This document shows positions 9,182 to 18,667 of a DNA stretch of 64,000 nt, piece after piece. Source of the stretch: an uncultured bacterium (GTDB lineage Bacteria; Planctomycetota; UBA1135; GCA-002686595); NCBI GenBank assembly GCA_937910685.1, contig CALEMP010000021.1, forward strand, positions 53,428 through 117,427, in the 5' to 3' direction. The position numbers and the translations under genes were made by a program. Positions within the stretch are counted from its first letter, which is position 1. Every line of letters starts with the position of its first letter. The notes below the pieces were generated by a model. It saw only the letters and a program-made list of their open reading frames with translations, was not told the origin of the DNA and made no database searches.

Positions 9182-10470
9182 TGGCAAAGAAAGCAACGGC
9201 GAAGGACAAGGCAGTCCCTGCAGCCAAACGAAGTGCGCTGGTTGGAGTTCGGGCTGTTTGCGAAAAGGTGTTGAAGAACAGCGACACGGAAGTGAAGCTG
9301 AACAATGACGACCTCACGGAGTCCCGACCCTTCATCTCTACAGGGTCATTGGTCCTGGACAACTTGATCGGTGGCCCCCCAAATCTGCACGGCATCGTTC
9401 CATGCCCCGGTCTCCCCCGTGGGCGCATCTCGAATATCTGGGGACATGAGTCTTCCGGTAAAACTACCGTGGCACTCACTGCCGCAGCGTGGGTTGGTCG
9501 ACAGAATCATCCTAGTGGGCGTCCCATGTCGGTCGTGTTTATCGACTGGGAGAACGCCATTGATCCAGGCTACGCAGAGGCCCTGGGTGTCCCCATCATG
9601 GATACCGACCGCTTCTTGCTCCAACAGCCTGTTACGCTGGAAGACGGTTTCCGTACGGCCATGGTGTCTATCAAGGCAGGGGTGGACCTCCTGATCTTTG
9701 ACTCTGTGGGTGCCGGTACACCGGAAGCCGTGTTCGGTCAGTCTATGGAAGAATTGGGCGACGCCGCTCGTGTCGGCCTTCTTGCACAAAAGTGGTCTAC
9801 CGTTCTTGGACGTTTCCAGGCAGAGGCTTCCCTGACGGGCACCCATATCATGGGTATCAGTCAGACCCGTAAGAAGATCAACACAGGTGGTGGCGGCTAC
9901 GGTGGACCCACGGACACGTGGCAGGGTGGAGAAGCCTGGAAGTTCTGGCCCTCGCTCCGTCTCTCCTTCCGACGGGTCAAGAATGAGAAGACCAAGCAAT
10001 ACGATGCGTTGACGCACAAGAATATCGACCGGATGACGGGCTCCATCATCAAGACCAAGGTCGAGAAGTGCAAGGTCGGTCCTACCCAGCACCATGAGGC
10101 TGAGTTCTATATCCGCTTCGGTGAGGGGATTGATGACCTGCGAACCGCGATTGACGTGGTTGTCTCGCATGGGGCAGTGAACAAGGCGGGTGCTTGGTAC
10201 ACCTGGGAGCGAAGCAGCGGTGAGACCATCAAGTCATGTGGAGTGGATGCTTTCCGCACTGCTTTGCTTACGACACCGGGTGCTATCGATGAGTTGCGTG
10301 AGGTGGCCTACGCTGCCCTGTTGTCCGGCGTAGCTTTGCCAGAGGCTACCGTGGCGGATGATGACGACCTCGACATTGACATGAGCTTCCTGGAGGGGAC
10401 CAAGCCCAAGCCCAAAGCCGAAAGCGATGATGGGGATGACGGGGATGACGGCGAGGAAGATAACGAGTAG
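9181..10470 (+). CDS. recA: RecA-family recombinase
   Basis: Walker A 'GHESSGKTTVALTAAA' and Walker B 'LLIFDSVGA'. 'GISQTRKKINTGGGG' also fits. Acidic C-terminal tail 'DDGDDGDDGEEDNE'. Confidence 0.85.
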   Translation: MAKKATAKDKAVPAAKRSALVGVRAVCEKVLKNSDTEVKLNNDDLTESRPFISTGSLVLDNLIGGPPNLHGIVPCPGLPRGRISNIWGHESSGKTTVALTAAAWVGRQNHPSGRPMSVVFIDWENAIDPGYAEALGVPIMDTDRFLLQQPVTLEDGFRTAMVSIKAGVDLLIFDSVGAGTPEAVFGQSMEELGDAARVGLLAQKWSTVLGRFQAEASLTGTHIMGISQTRKKINTGGGGYGGPTDTWQGGEAWKFWPSLRLSFRRVKNEKTKQYDALTHKNIDRMTGSIIKTKVEKCKVGPTQHHEAEFYIRFGEGIDDLRTAIDVVVSHGAVNKAGAWYTWERSSGETIKSCGVDAFRTALLTTPGAIDELREVAYAALLSGVALPEATVADDDDLDIDMSFLEGTKPKPKAESDDGDDGDDGEEDNE

Positions 10471-10495
10471 GCTGACCTGATAGGAGGAGTGGTCT

Positions 10496-11566
10496 ATGGC
10501 TGTCATCGTTCGCGCTCACAACTTCCAGTCCATCAAAGATGCCACCATTGTCGTGGACGGGCTCACCGTTGTCACCGGCAAGAATAACCGTGGCAAGAGT
10601 GCCTCTCAACGAGCTGTACGTGGAGTCTTTCAAAACACTCCCGGCACGTCCTTTGTTCGTCAAGGAGAGGACAAATGCTCAGTGGAGATCCGCTTTGCCG
10701 ATGGAAACACGGTGGTCTGGGAGAAAGGCCCAAAGGTCAAACCCACCTACACGGTCAATGGCAAGGTCATCTATCCCGGTCGGGAGGTGCCCGATGAAGT
10801 TCGGGCTTTGGGTGTAGTGCCCATTATGGCAGGGGGGAGAGAGCACTGGCCTTCAATCGCCCCACAGATTGTAGGTCAGGTCTTTCTACTCGACCAGCCA
10901 GGTTCCATCATCGCGGAGGCTATCGCGGACGTGGAACGAGTGGGGCATCTCAATAGAGCTATGAAGGCTAGCGAGACGGATCGTCGTCGCGCTGAAGAGA
11001 AGCTCCGGGTTCGCAAAAGTGACCTTGAAGAAGCTGAGGCAGAGCTTGCCACCTTCGATGGTCTGGACGAGGCAGTCACCAAGGTTGAGGGTGTGGAGGA
11101 GGCATGGGAAGCATCCTCCAGGATGCACCGTGCCCTGACCGCCCTACAACACATGAACAACCGCCACAAAGCCGCTGTGGCCACGGTGAAGCAGTTGGAG
11201 GGGGTGAAGGCCATTACCATCCCTGAAACGACCACAGCGCACGCTGAAGGCCAGGACTTGCACCAGCTCAAGGGCTTGCTTCAACGCTTGAAGTCGGCGC
11301 AGCAACAGGTGGTATCCCTGGCTGGGGTCGAACTGGTGGCCATCCCTTCGGACCTTTCAGAAGTGCACGACTTGAGCGAGGAGTTGACGTCTCTTCAAAC
11401 TTTGCAAGAGCGCCTGACTCACGTGCATGAGGAGATAGGCAAACTCCGTCAAGCAGAGGGCTTGATTGCACAAGAGCTGACTGCTGTGCATTCCGAATTG
11501 GGGGGTGTGCTTCTCGCAATTGGGGAGTGTCCAACCTGCGGGAAAGGTCAGGCGCATGTGTCTTGA
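10496..11566 (+). CDS. SbcC/Rad50-like ATPase, N-terminal half only (Walker A head, coiled coil, CxxC hook)
   Basis: 'HNFQSIKDATIVVDGLTVVTGKNNRGKSA' (Walker A). About 190 aa of Ala/Glu/Leu-rich coiled coil follow. 'CPTCGK' lies 12 residues from the stop. No signature motif or Walker B. Confidence 0.7.
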   Translation: MAVIVRAHNFQSIKDATIVVDGLTVVTGKNNRGKSASQRAVRGVFQNTPGTSFVRQGEDKCSVEIRFADGNTVVWEKGPKVKPTYTVNGKVIYPGREVPDEVRALGVVPIMAGGREHWPSIAPQIVGQVFLLDQPGSIIAEAIADVERVGHLNRAMKASETDRRRAEEKLRVRKSDLEEAEAELATFDGLDEAVTKVEGVEEAWEASSRMHRALTALQHMNNRHKAAVATVKQLEGVKAITIPETTTAHAEGQDLHQLKGLLQRLKSAQQQVVSLAGVELVAIPSDLSEVHDLSEELTSLQTLQERLTHVHEEIGKLRQAEGLIAQELTAVHSELGGVLLAIGECPTCGKGQAHVS

Positions 11567-11592
11567 AACGACTTCCAGAGGCTGCTGATAAT
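11563..11592 (+). promoter_or_regulatory. candidate sigma70-type promoter upstream of sbcD
   Basis: TTGAAA (11563-11568), 18-nt spacer, GATAAT (11587-11592), about 20 nt upstream of ATG 11613. Pattern match only. Confidence 0.3.
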
Positions 11593-11612
11593 AGCCCTAC
11601 GAGGAACTGCTC

Positions 11613-12605
11613 ATGATTCGATTGCTTTGGAGAAGTGACCTCCATCTGGCAGACAGTGCCCCGGAGTCCCGCACTGACGACTGGGCAGCAACCCTGATGG
11701 GCAAACTCAGACAGATTGGTGAGATTGCCCGTGATCATAACGTGGACGTGGTCCTGGATGGGGGTGACTTCTTTCATGTGAAGACACCCAGCCGTAACAG
11801 TCACCAGCTGATTCGTGAGGTGGCGGAGATTCATGCGGCCTATCCTTGTCCGGTGATTGGCAACATCGGGAACCATGATGTGAAGTACGGGGACCGGAAC
11901 AACCTCCCGGAAGCTCCACTCGGTGTCCTCTTTGAGACCGGGGTGTTCAAGCGCTGCTACGACGAGCATGAGCACGTCTACAGCAAGGCATTCACCGTAC
12001 CTTTCCAAGAGGACCGCATCACGTTCAAGGTGAGGGTGGTAGGCATCCCCTATCATGGCACCAAGTACGACATGAACAGGTTCACAACGCTCGTGAAGGG
12101 CGACGAGGACTACCTGGTTGTGATGGTCCACTGCCTCGCCTCACAAGGCGGGGGCACCATGTTCGAACGTGAGGACATCATCAAGTACGCGGATCTGGCG
12201 AACCTTGATCCAGATGTATGGTTCTTCGGGCACTGGCATAAGAACCAGGGGGTCACACAGATTGCGCCCGGCAAACACGTGGTCAACGTGGGCAGTCTGA
12301 CCCGAGGATCACTCACCGAAGATGAGATGGCCCGTGTTCCGGTGGTGGTCCTTGTAGGATTCGACGAGAAGGGCATTCACATCGAGGAGATACCTCTGAA
12401 GGTGCTCCCAGCTGGTCAGGTCTTCGATTTGACTGAGCGCACCCGTCAGGAAGCCCGCAAGATGACCGTCGAAGGTTTTGTGGATAGCTTGCAAGCGGCG
12501 TTCAAGCACAACGACCAGGAAGACCTGACTGAGACCCTGGCTCGCATGGACCTGTTGGATGAGGTCAAGGAACGGGCTCTGTCCTACCTGGAGCAGGCCC
12601 GATGA
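11613..12605 (+). CDS. sbcD: SbcD/Mre11 nuclease (calcineurin-like metallophosphoesterase)
   Basis: Motifs 'SDLHLAD', 'LDGGDFFH', 'GNIGNHD', 'VVMVHC', 'FFGHWH'. GAGGA lies 7 nt before the ATG. Confidence 0.85.
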   Translation: MIRLLWRSDLHLADSAPESRTDDWAATLMGKLRQIGEIARDHNVDVVLDGGDFFHVKTPSRNSHQLIREVAEIHAAYPCPVIGNIGNHDVKYGDRNNLPEAPLGVLFETGVFKRCYDEHEHVYSKAFTVPFQEDRITFKVRVVGIPYHGTKYDMNRFTTLVKGDEDYLVVMVHCLASQGGGTMFEREDIIKYADLANLDPDVWFFGHWHKNQGVTQIAPGKHVVNVGSLTRGSLTEDEMARVPVVVLVGFDEKGIHIEEIPLKVLPAGQVFDLTERTRQEARKMTVEGFVDSLQAAFKHNDQEDLTETLARMDLLDEVKERALSYLEQAR

Positions 12606-12721
12606 GCGAATCCAACCTCATTCAGGAGATCTTCCACGGTGGTCTCGTCCCCATCACCACTAAGATTGAGACCGAACGTGAGCGGGAAGCCATGTGGCTT
12701 CGGGAAGTTTCGGGTAGATGA
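12602..12721 (+). CDS. possible small ORF (39 aa)
   Basis: ATG overlaps the sbcD stop (ATGA). 'MSESNLIQEIFHGGLVPITTKIETEREREAMWLREVSGR'. It fills an otherwise empty 120-nt gap and is below the track's length cutoff. Confidence 0.3.
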   Translation: MSESNLIQEIFHGGLVPITTKIETEREREAMWLREVSGR

Positions 12722-12724
12722 AAC

Positions 12725-12922
12725 ATGAAGACTACCAAGATCACTCGTGATGAGGTCCGCATTCAAGTGGACGAGGTCCGGGACCAAGTTCCCTACCGGA
12801 AATGCCCCCGGTGTTTGAAGATGAAACCGCTGGACGAATTTGGTCTTCGCAGAATGGGCACGGTCGGAAAACACGGTGGGGACATTCTGGCCAATCAGAG
12901 TCACTGCCGTAGTTGCCGGTAG
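12725..12922 (+). CDS. small zinc-ribbon-like protein
   Basis: 65 aa with 'CPRC...CRSC' Cys pairs. Confidence 0.4.
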   Translation: MKTTKITRDEVRIQVDEVRDQVPYRKCPRCLKMKPLDEFGLRRMGTVGKHGGDILANQSHCRSCR

Positions 12923-12930
12923 GAGAGGGT

Positions 12931-13275
12931 ATGAGCGACCCACCAGAGGACATGATGATTCCCATAGCCCCCCTTCCAGATGGGGGCTGTGTGGGCATGC
13001 GTCTCAAGGCAGATGAAGAAGGTAACCGTCAGGTGATGGTAGGTGAGTTCCTCCCTATCAAGGAGGGACGACCCATCTTGGGGGACATCCTCCAAGGTGC
13101 CCCCATTGATGGTACCCCTTACCTCGCGCTGACCACTGAATTTGAACACCCCAATCCGTTCCGGTCGAAGTCCGGGGGTAAGGTGTTCTCCATCCCTTCA
13201 GCTCGCTTTCAGAAAGGGTGGGACCGGATCTTCAAAAACAAGCCTGTTCCCGAGGATGACCCCGTGGTGAACTGA
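12931..13275 (+). CDS. hypothetical protein
   Basis: ATG 12931 is preceded by GGAGAGGG (the ORF is open from 12913). The stop overlaps the next start. Confidence 0.45.
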   Translation: MSDPPEDMMIPIAPLPDGGCVGMRLKADEEGNRQVMVGEFLPIKEGRPILGDILQGAPIDGTPYLALTTEFEHPNPFRSKSGGKVFSIPSARFQKGWDRIFKNKPVPEDDPVVN

Positions 13276-13775
13276 TGCTGATGGGGTTCGGACCACATTC
13301 CAGTGAGCTGCTTACCATTGAACTGGTTCCAGAGTCCTCGTGGGGAGACAACCTCCGGTCCAGGCTGAAGAAGGCTGACTGGGATATCCTTCGAAGGGCA
13401 CAGTATAAAGCAGCGGGCTACCATTGCGAGATTTGTGGCGGGAAAGGTCGTCGTCACCCCGTGGAAGGTCACGAGGTGTGGGATTACAACGACCAGACGT
13501 ACACTCAAACGCTGACCCGCCTGATTGCTCTTTGTCCAGCCTGTCACCTCGTCAAGCATTTCGGCTTTGCCTGTCTACAGGGCCGTGAGCTTCAAGCCCT
13601 CGATCACCTGATGCGGGTGAACAAGTGGACTAAGGCTCAAGCAGACGTCCATATCGAAGCAGCCTTTGAGCTTCACGCAAAGCGGTCTCTTCATCGATGG
13701 ACTCTGGATCTGACTTGGCTTGCCACTCAAGGCATTGCAATCCCCGAAGACCCTGATGGTTTCAGTCTGGTCTGA
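13275..13775 (+). CDS. HNH endonuclease
   Basis: 'YHCEICGGKGRRHPVEGHEVWDYND...LIALCPACHLVKH', a CxxC...H...CxxC-H HNH/zinc arrangement. Confidence 0.75.
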   Translation: MLMGFGPHSSELLTIELVPESSWGDNLRSRLKKADWDILRRAQYKAAGYHCEICGGKGRRHPVEGHEVWDYNDQTYTQTLTRLIALCPACHLVKHFGFACLQGRELQALDHLMRVNKWTKAQADVHIEAAFELHAKRSLHRWTLDLTWLATQGIAIPEDPDGFSLV

Positions 13776-13786
13776 TCAGGGCACCC

Positions 13787-14596
13787 ATGGGTAGAGTCCA
13801 CGGCGGAGGCCTGCCTATGCACGCACAAGAACGTCCAGTCTATCGCCACTTAGTGGTTTCCCGAAAAGGCTTCGTGGAGAAGGTTGCAACCAAGGAGCAG
13901 TTCAAAAGGCTGCGCCAATTTCTCGTCAGCAACTTGCCTATCCCAAATGACCTCGTCCATTTGGTGAGGGATTCCTTCAGCAAGAAGCAAATAGAGGATA
14001 CCTTCGGGTTTGACGAGATCGAATGGTCTACTGCTCCCGATGCCGTGGATGTGTCCTGTTTGGCAGATGAGATGAGCACCCGTCGTTTGAGCGGGGATGC
14101 ATCCCCCATCAAGGTTCGACCGCCCACAGCACATGGTGCCGTGGTTGTCGGTCGCTTGAGTCAGGTTCATGTTCCAGGTGGCACCGAACGGTTGCCGACA
14201 AACCCAACCTCATTAGGGCACCCCGGAGTGCTTGAAGCAGACAACCCAACGGAAGAGTTTCTGAGATGTGCGCAAGAGTTGAAGTTGCAGTTTCAGGACT
14301 TCAGTGACCGTCGCTTTGTGCTGGCTGACCCCTGGATGCAGAAGAACTGCACCCTGGTCACCGTGGTTTACACGCCGATCCTTGCCGCACCCCGTGCAGC
14401 AAGGGGTTTTGAGTTATTTTGTGAGTTCTTCCAGGTCACCCGTTTTGGATCGGTGGATGCTTCCAAGGATGGTTTCGAGGTACTATCCGAAACAGGTGAG
14501 TTCCCCATCCAACCTCCGGGCGATATCGAGATGGCCACCATGATGCGGACGGTAGAAGAACTCCAACCCTCCCAGGAGAGCAGGGAAGGTCAGTGA
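13787..14596 (+). CDS. hypothetical protein
   Basis: 269-aa ORF. The stop overlaps the next start (GTGA). No motif recognised. Confidence 0.5.
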   Translation: MGRVHGGGLPMHAQERPVYRHLVVSRKGFVEKVATKEQFKRLRQFLVSNLPIPNDLVHLVRDSFSKKQIEDTFGFDEIEWSTAPDAVDVSCLADEMSTRRLSGDASPIKVRPPTAHGAVVVGRLSQVHVPGGTERLPTNPTSLGHPGVLEADNPTEEFLRCAQELKLQFQDFSDRRFVLADPWMQKNCTLVTVVYTPILAAPRAARGFELFCEFFQVTRFGSVDASKDGFEVLSETGEFPIQPPGDIEMATMMRTVEELQPSQESREGQ

Positions 14597-15612
14597 CTCA
14601 GAAACGCCCATTCACTTTGTATTGGTCAAGCCTTGATCGGTACGAAAAGTGTCCTCAGCAGTTCCTGTGGGGCAAAGGTTGGGGTGCCATCGACTGTGGC
14701 GGTGGTCCCGGTAAGAAGAAGCCAAAGCCTTATGAGCGTGACCGTTCCGCTGCGCTCATGGGCATCGCGATTCAGTTTGCGATTGAGCGGATGTACAAGG
14801 ACCATCTGTGGCGACATCCAGGTCTTCTTGAGAGGTTGCAGGAGTTGGCTGCTGATGAGCTGAAGCGGCTCTGTCACAAGGAGTACGTGGACTTCCGCAA
14901 GATTGCCCGTTCCGAAATGGAGTCCGTGGTTGCAGCCGGGGTGGAGGGGTGGCTTCGCACCTTCAAGGAATACAAGCTCATTGGTCCATATGCGGAACCC
15001 GAGATTGACCTCGTAGGGTTCGTCAACAAGTGGACGCCCATCGGTGGTCGTGCCGACCTGATCTTCAAACGTGAGGACACCGGGGTGACCATCATCGACG
15101 GGAAGAACTCTCGTCGATACAAGGACACCAAGGACAAGACAGGCAAGGGTTGGATTACCTACACGGACCCTGACCAGCTTCGGTGGTATGCCCTTTGTTT
15201 CTACGTGGCCTATCACAAGCTCCCTGACCGACTGGGCTTCGTGTACTACCGCTACCCATATGGTGACCCCATGTTTCATCAGGACGGAACTCCGTTTCTC
15301 GATGAGGAGGGCAACCAACAATTTGAGCCCGGTGTGCATTGGGTGGACTTCAGTAAGGAGGACATCAAGGGATTGGCACACCGTGCGGTGGAAGCCCGAA
15401 AAGGTATGGACCGGGAGAAGTTTCCCGCCAAACCTTCCCCTGACCAATGCCGCTATTGTGATTGGGAGTCCGTGTGTCCGCAGCGACAGGCTCAAAAGGA
15501 AGCCAATCGTCGGACCAGGAAGCCTGGAGCAGCCACCCTGGATGTTTCAGTGGGTGCCGCTTTTACTATTGGGTTCGGTCCTGGTGGATCGACCGGCCCC
15601 AAGAAGGGGTAG
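14593..15612 (+). CDS. PD-(D/E)XK nuclease with Cas4/AddB-type Fe-S cysteines
   Basis: N-terminal 'CPQQFLW'. 'GRADLIFKREDTGVTIIDGKNS' (D...D-x-K) and 'QLRWYALCF' (QxxxY). C-terminal 'CRYCDWESVC'. Confidence 0.75.
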   Translation: MTQKRPFTLYWSSLDRYEKCPQQFLWGKGWGAIDCGGGPGKKKPKPYERDRSAALMGIAIQFAIERMYKDHLWRHPGLLERLQELAADELKRLCHKEYVDFRKIARSEMESVVAAGVEGWLRTFKEYKLIGPYAEPEIDLVGFVNKWTPIGGRADLIFKREDTGVTIIDGKNSRRYKDTKDKTGKGWITYTDPDQLRWYALCFYVAYHKLPDRLGFVYYRYPYGDPMFHQDGTPFLDEEGNQQFEPGVHWVDFSKEDIKGLAHRAVEARKGMDREKFPAKPSPDQCRYCDWESVCPQRQAQKEANRRTRKPGAATLDVSVGAAFTIGFGPGGSTGPKKG

Positions 15613-15619
15613 AGGGGGC

Positions 15620-15895
15620 ATGAGTTCCAACCATCAGCAACATCTGGCAAGACTTGTGGCCCGAAGGGATGCCCTTCGGCAAAAACAACAGAGGGTTGAG
15701 GGTCGGCTGGAAGCAGCGCAAGATGCTCAAGCAAAAGTAGAACAGGAGTGTCGGGATAGAGGGTTGGATCCCGAGAAGCTCGAACAGGCGATTGAGAAGG
15801 TGGAAGCCCGGTACACCCAGGCACTTGAGGAACTTGAACACGGCATCACCGAGGCAGAGCAGTCACTTGCTCCGTACCTCCGGGAGGACACATGA
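15620..15895 (+). CDS. small coiled-coil protein
   Basis: ATG 15620 follows GAGGGGG, just past the upstream stop. 91 aa, 'QQHLARLVARRDALRQKQQRVEGRLEAAQDAQAKVEQE'. The longer track ORF (15188) overlaps the nuclease gene. Confidence 0.45.
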   Translation: MSSNHQQHLARLVARRDALRQKQQRVEGRLEAAQDAQAKVEQECRDRGLDPEKLEQAIEKVEARYTQALEELEHGITEAEQSLAPYLREDT

Positions 15896-17049
15896 AGATT
15901 ACGGTAGCAAAACAGGATCTGGAAGCTGCTCTGGCGGTGGTTTCCAACAGCATTTCAAGTGGTGGCAACGACATCCATAGCCACTACGTGTTCCGAGTGG
16001 AGGAGGACGACGCACAACAGCCGTTTGTGAGTGTCCTGACCTCCTCCGGTCGAATGTTCAGTGGGTGTACGGTCAAGGCAGCGAAGGTGGACGACTTCGA
16101 AGATCCTACGATGTTCACCATTGAGGGCAAACGGCTCAAGCTCCTCCTGCCACACGTGGGTGAACCCTCCGTTCTGGTTTTTGACTATGACGCTGACACC
16201 AAGGTGGTGACGGTCAAGACCAAGTCGACGACCCCGGAGTTCCAATCCCTCGATGCGCAGACCTTCAAGTTGTGGGATGACGCTTTGAAGGATGCCACCC
16301 TCGCTTGCACTATGCCCGCGACCCGGTTGCTTGCTGCGGTTAGCTACTCTTCCGGGTTTGTCTCCGATCAGGAGGGCAACTCCCCCAACCTGTGCGTTCT
16401 GGAAGCCAGGGATGGGGTCATCTACTCCACCGACAAGCGGGCAGCGACCCTGGTGAAGGTCGATGGTATCGAAGAGTCCGCACTCCGTGTTCACGGCAAG
16501 GATGCCTCTTCGGCGGTTGCCTTCCTGACGCTTTGCGGCGACTCCAATGTGGAGGTGTGGGAAGGGGACAAGACGCAGTTCCTGGTCCGCCCGGAAGACG
16601 GTGCTCTGTTCGGCACTGCCCGATTCCTTGCTCGATTCCCCGACATCGGTATCAGCATGGATGACGAGGACCAGCACCAGTGGCTTCTCTCACGTCCCGA
16701 GATCATCCGGGGAATTGGTGTGCTCAACGCCGCCGCCGCCCTGGAGGATAACCGTTTGCGGGTTCGCAAAGTGGACGGGGGGGTGGTGATGTCTATGCGG
16801 GCGATGACCGGCAAGGTCATCGATTTCCCGGTGGAGTGCATTGAGTCCGAATCCGCTGATGACGCAACCGACCTGCCTCCCAATGGTTTCACCCTGGACC
16901 ATCAGTGTCTGTCCAAGGTCTTGAAGTCCTGGACGGGGGACACCATCCGCTTTGGCATCAACGTGAAGAAGAACGGCGGGTTCTGTCGCTTCCTGAACGA
17001 GACGGAAGGAAACACCTTCCTCTCCATCGTGGCTTGGTCGGGCAAGTAG
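15892..17049 (+). CDS. dnaN: DNA polymerase III beta sliding clamp-like protein
   Basis: 385 aa. The N-terminus 'MKITVAKQDLEAALAVVSNSIS' and the length are typical of bacterial beta clamps. A dnaX homologue is nearby. Confidence 0.65.
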   Translation: MKITVAKQDLEAALAVVSNSISSGGNDIHSHYVFRVEEDDAQQPFVSVLTSSGRMFSGCTVKAAKVDDFEDPTMFTIEGKRLKLLLPHVGEPSVLVFDYDADTKVVTVKTKSTTPEFQSLDAQTFKLWDDALKDATLACTMPATRLLAAVSYSSGFVSDQEGNSPNLCVLEARDGVIYSTDKRAATLVKVDGIEESALRVHGKDASSAVAFLTLCGDSNVEVWEGDKTQFLVRPEDGALFGTARFLARFPDIGISMDDEDQHQWLLSRPEIIRGIGVLNAAAALEDNRLRVRKVDGGVVMSMRAMTGKVIDFPVECIESESADDATDLPPNGFTLDHQCLSKVLKSWTGDTIRFGINVKKNGGFCRFLNETEGNTFLSIVAWSGK

Positions 17050-17061
17050 AGTAGACCGTTT

Positions 17062-17694
17062 GTGGAAGCCCTCCCTGACATCGGTTCCTTGCGAGCCAAG
17101 GTTGAACGCGCTTCCGCTTTGAGGCAGGCAGCACGTAGTAGAAAGCTCTCCATCCAAGAGGACATCAGGACTCTGGGTGATGAGACCGAACTACTCCTTC
17201 TCGTCGCCAGCCTCTTCCGTACGTTGATCGATGCGGAAGTCACCATGAGCGTTCAGGTGGTTGAACGCTTGATGACCGAAGGGTTGCAGGCAGTCTTCCC
17301 TGATCAGGACTTGGCCGTCCGTGCCGATGTAGACACCAAACGAGGCAAGATTTCGGTCGACCTCATCACCGTTCAGACCCAGGGCGACCTCGTTATTGAG
17401 GGTCTGAGCAGTGATGCCTTCGGTGGTGCCGTGTCCACCGTTGAGTCCGTTCTTCTTCGCATCCTTGTCATGCAACGCAGGGGTATCAGGCCCTTCCTCC
17501 TGCTGGATGAGAGTTTGCCCGCCTTCGATTCCAACTACGTCATCAACATGGGGCACTTTCTCTCTATGCTGTGCAAACGACTGGAGATGGATGTACTCCT
17601 GGTGACTCACAACACCGCATTGGTCGAGGCTGCAGACCGGGCATACAGGGTCGTCAAGCGTAGCGGGGCTTCACAGTTTGAGAGGCTCCGATGA
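17062..17694 (+). CDS. SbcC/Rad50-like ATPase, C-terminal half (signature, Walker B, H-loop)
   Basis: GTG start. Short N-terminal coiled coil, then 'GLSSDAFGG' (signature-like). Walker B/D-loop 'RPFLLLDESLPAFD' and H-loop 'LLVTHN'. No Walker A. Confidence 0.6.
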   Translation: MEALPDIGSLRAKVERASALRQAARSRKLSIQEDIRTLGDETELLLLVASLFRTLIDAEVTMSVQVVERLMTEGLQAVFPDQDLAVRADVDTKRGKISVDLITVQTQGDLVIEGLSSDAFGGAVSTVESVLLRILVMQRRGIRPFLLLDESLPAFDSNYVINMGHFLSMLCKRLEMDVLLVTHNTALVEAADRAYRVVKRSGASQFERLR

Positions 17695-18221
17695 CGAATC
17701 TCCTGGAACTGTTGGGCATCGTTGAGGGAGACGTCGAAATCGAAGGGCAGCCCAAGGGGTCGTTCCGGGGCAGCACCTATGTCCCGGAACTCGACTTCGA
17801 CCGACTCAGCAATAACCTTCAAAGGGTCTATGCCACCTTGAAGGACGGTGCATGGCACACGGCTGAGGAACTACGGTCAGTGGGGGGCACAGAGGCTACA
17901 CGTCGCGTTCGGGATCTTCGGGGTGACGTGTGGGGGCCTCTTCGAATTGAAAGCCGCCGTGTGGACGATATGGGGGGCCTGTGGGAGTATCGGCTCGACC
18001 TCAACACATGGACCCCACATATCCACGAGAAGCTGATCACGGGCACTCCAAACAGAGAGGCACAGGCCGCTGAGGATGCCCTCAAGGCCAGACGGACAAA
18101 GGCTTTGCGTGCGGTGCGTGCAGCGACGGACACCGAACTTGGGATGATCGAACCTATCATCGAAGGGTGGCTAGGTGATGACGCCCTGTGGGCCGACCTT
18201 GAAGACCCGGACAAGGTATGA
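17691..18221 (+). CDS. hypothetical protein, possible winged-helix DNA-binding domain
   Basis: 'WHTAEELRSVGGTEATRRVRDLRGDVWGPLRIESRR...WEYRLD' has the W..EL...R.R.LR...YRL pattern of wHTH domains. Confidence 0.4.
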   Translation: MTNLLELLGIVEGDVEIEGQPKGSFRGSTYVPELDFDRLSNNLQRVYATLKDGAWHTAEELRSVGGTEATRRVRDLRGDVWGPLRIESRRVDDMGGLWEYRLDLNTWTPHIHEKLITGTPNREAQAAEDALKARRTKALRAVRAATDTELGMIEPIIEGWLGDDALWADLEDPDKV

Positions 18222-18667
18222 GCATGCGGGGTGAAAGTGAAGTCCGACAGAGACTCAAGCAGGTGCTCTTCCGGCATCGTAAGAAGTTGCTTGATCGGAA
18301 CTTCAAACGGCGACCCTTTACGTGTGTCCACAACACGACCCTTACTCTTGACGGGGTGGAGATTGGTATCTGTGGTTTCGACGGTGAGGGTGGTCCAACC
18401 GGATGTGTTTGTGACACCCGACATCGAGGGGGTGCCCAAGCCCGAGAGTGTTCCTTTTGGTCAGCCCTACGAACCCCAGAAGAGATCAAGGTCGAGTTCC
18501 AGGACTTCATTCAGACGGCAGACCGAGGTGAAGTGGCCTTGGAATATCCCGATGTCGTGGCTTTGATGTGGGTGGTTGGGGATGAGAACACGCTCTTTCC
18601 ACTTGACCAGGAAGACGCTCCTGTAACCCCCGAGCCAACCTGGCTCGACAAGCTGTTGAAAAGGTAA
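18218..18667 (+). CDS. hypothetical Cys-rich protein
   Basis: 149-aa ORF coupled to both neighbours. Confidence 0.45.
   Translation: MSMRGESEVRQRLKQVLFRHRKKLLDRNFKRRPFTCVHNTTLTLDGVEIGICGFDGEGGPTGCVCDTRHRGGAQARECSFWSALRTPEEIKVEFQDFIQTADRGEVALEYPDVVALMWVVGDENTLFPLDQEDAPVTPEPTWLDKLLKR

Noticed and set aside
15188-15619. Upstream part of the 235-aa + ORF 15188..15895
   Set aside because: It overlaps the Cas4-like nuclease gene in another frame. Only the last 91 codons, from ATG 15620 with a good RBS just after the nuclease stop, look like a gene.
9346-16677. Long minus-strand ORFs opposite recA, sbcD, the Cas4-like nuclease and dnaN (9346..10170, 11268..12131, 14626..15495, 15955..16677)
   Set aside because: Each is antisense to a + gene with strong catalytic motifs. 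There are no RBS-like sequences or motifs. This is typical shadow-ORF behaviour.
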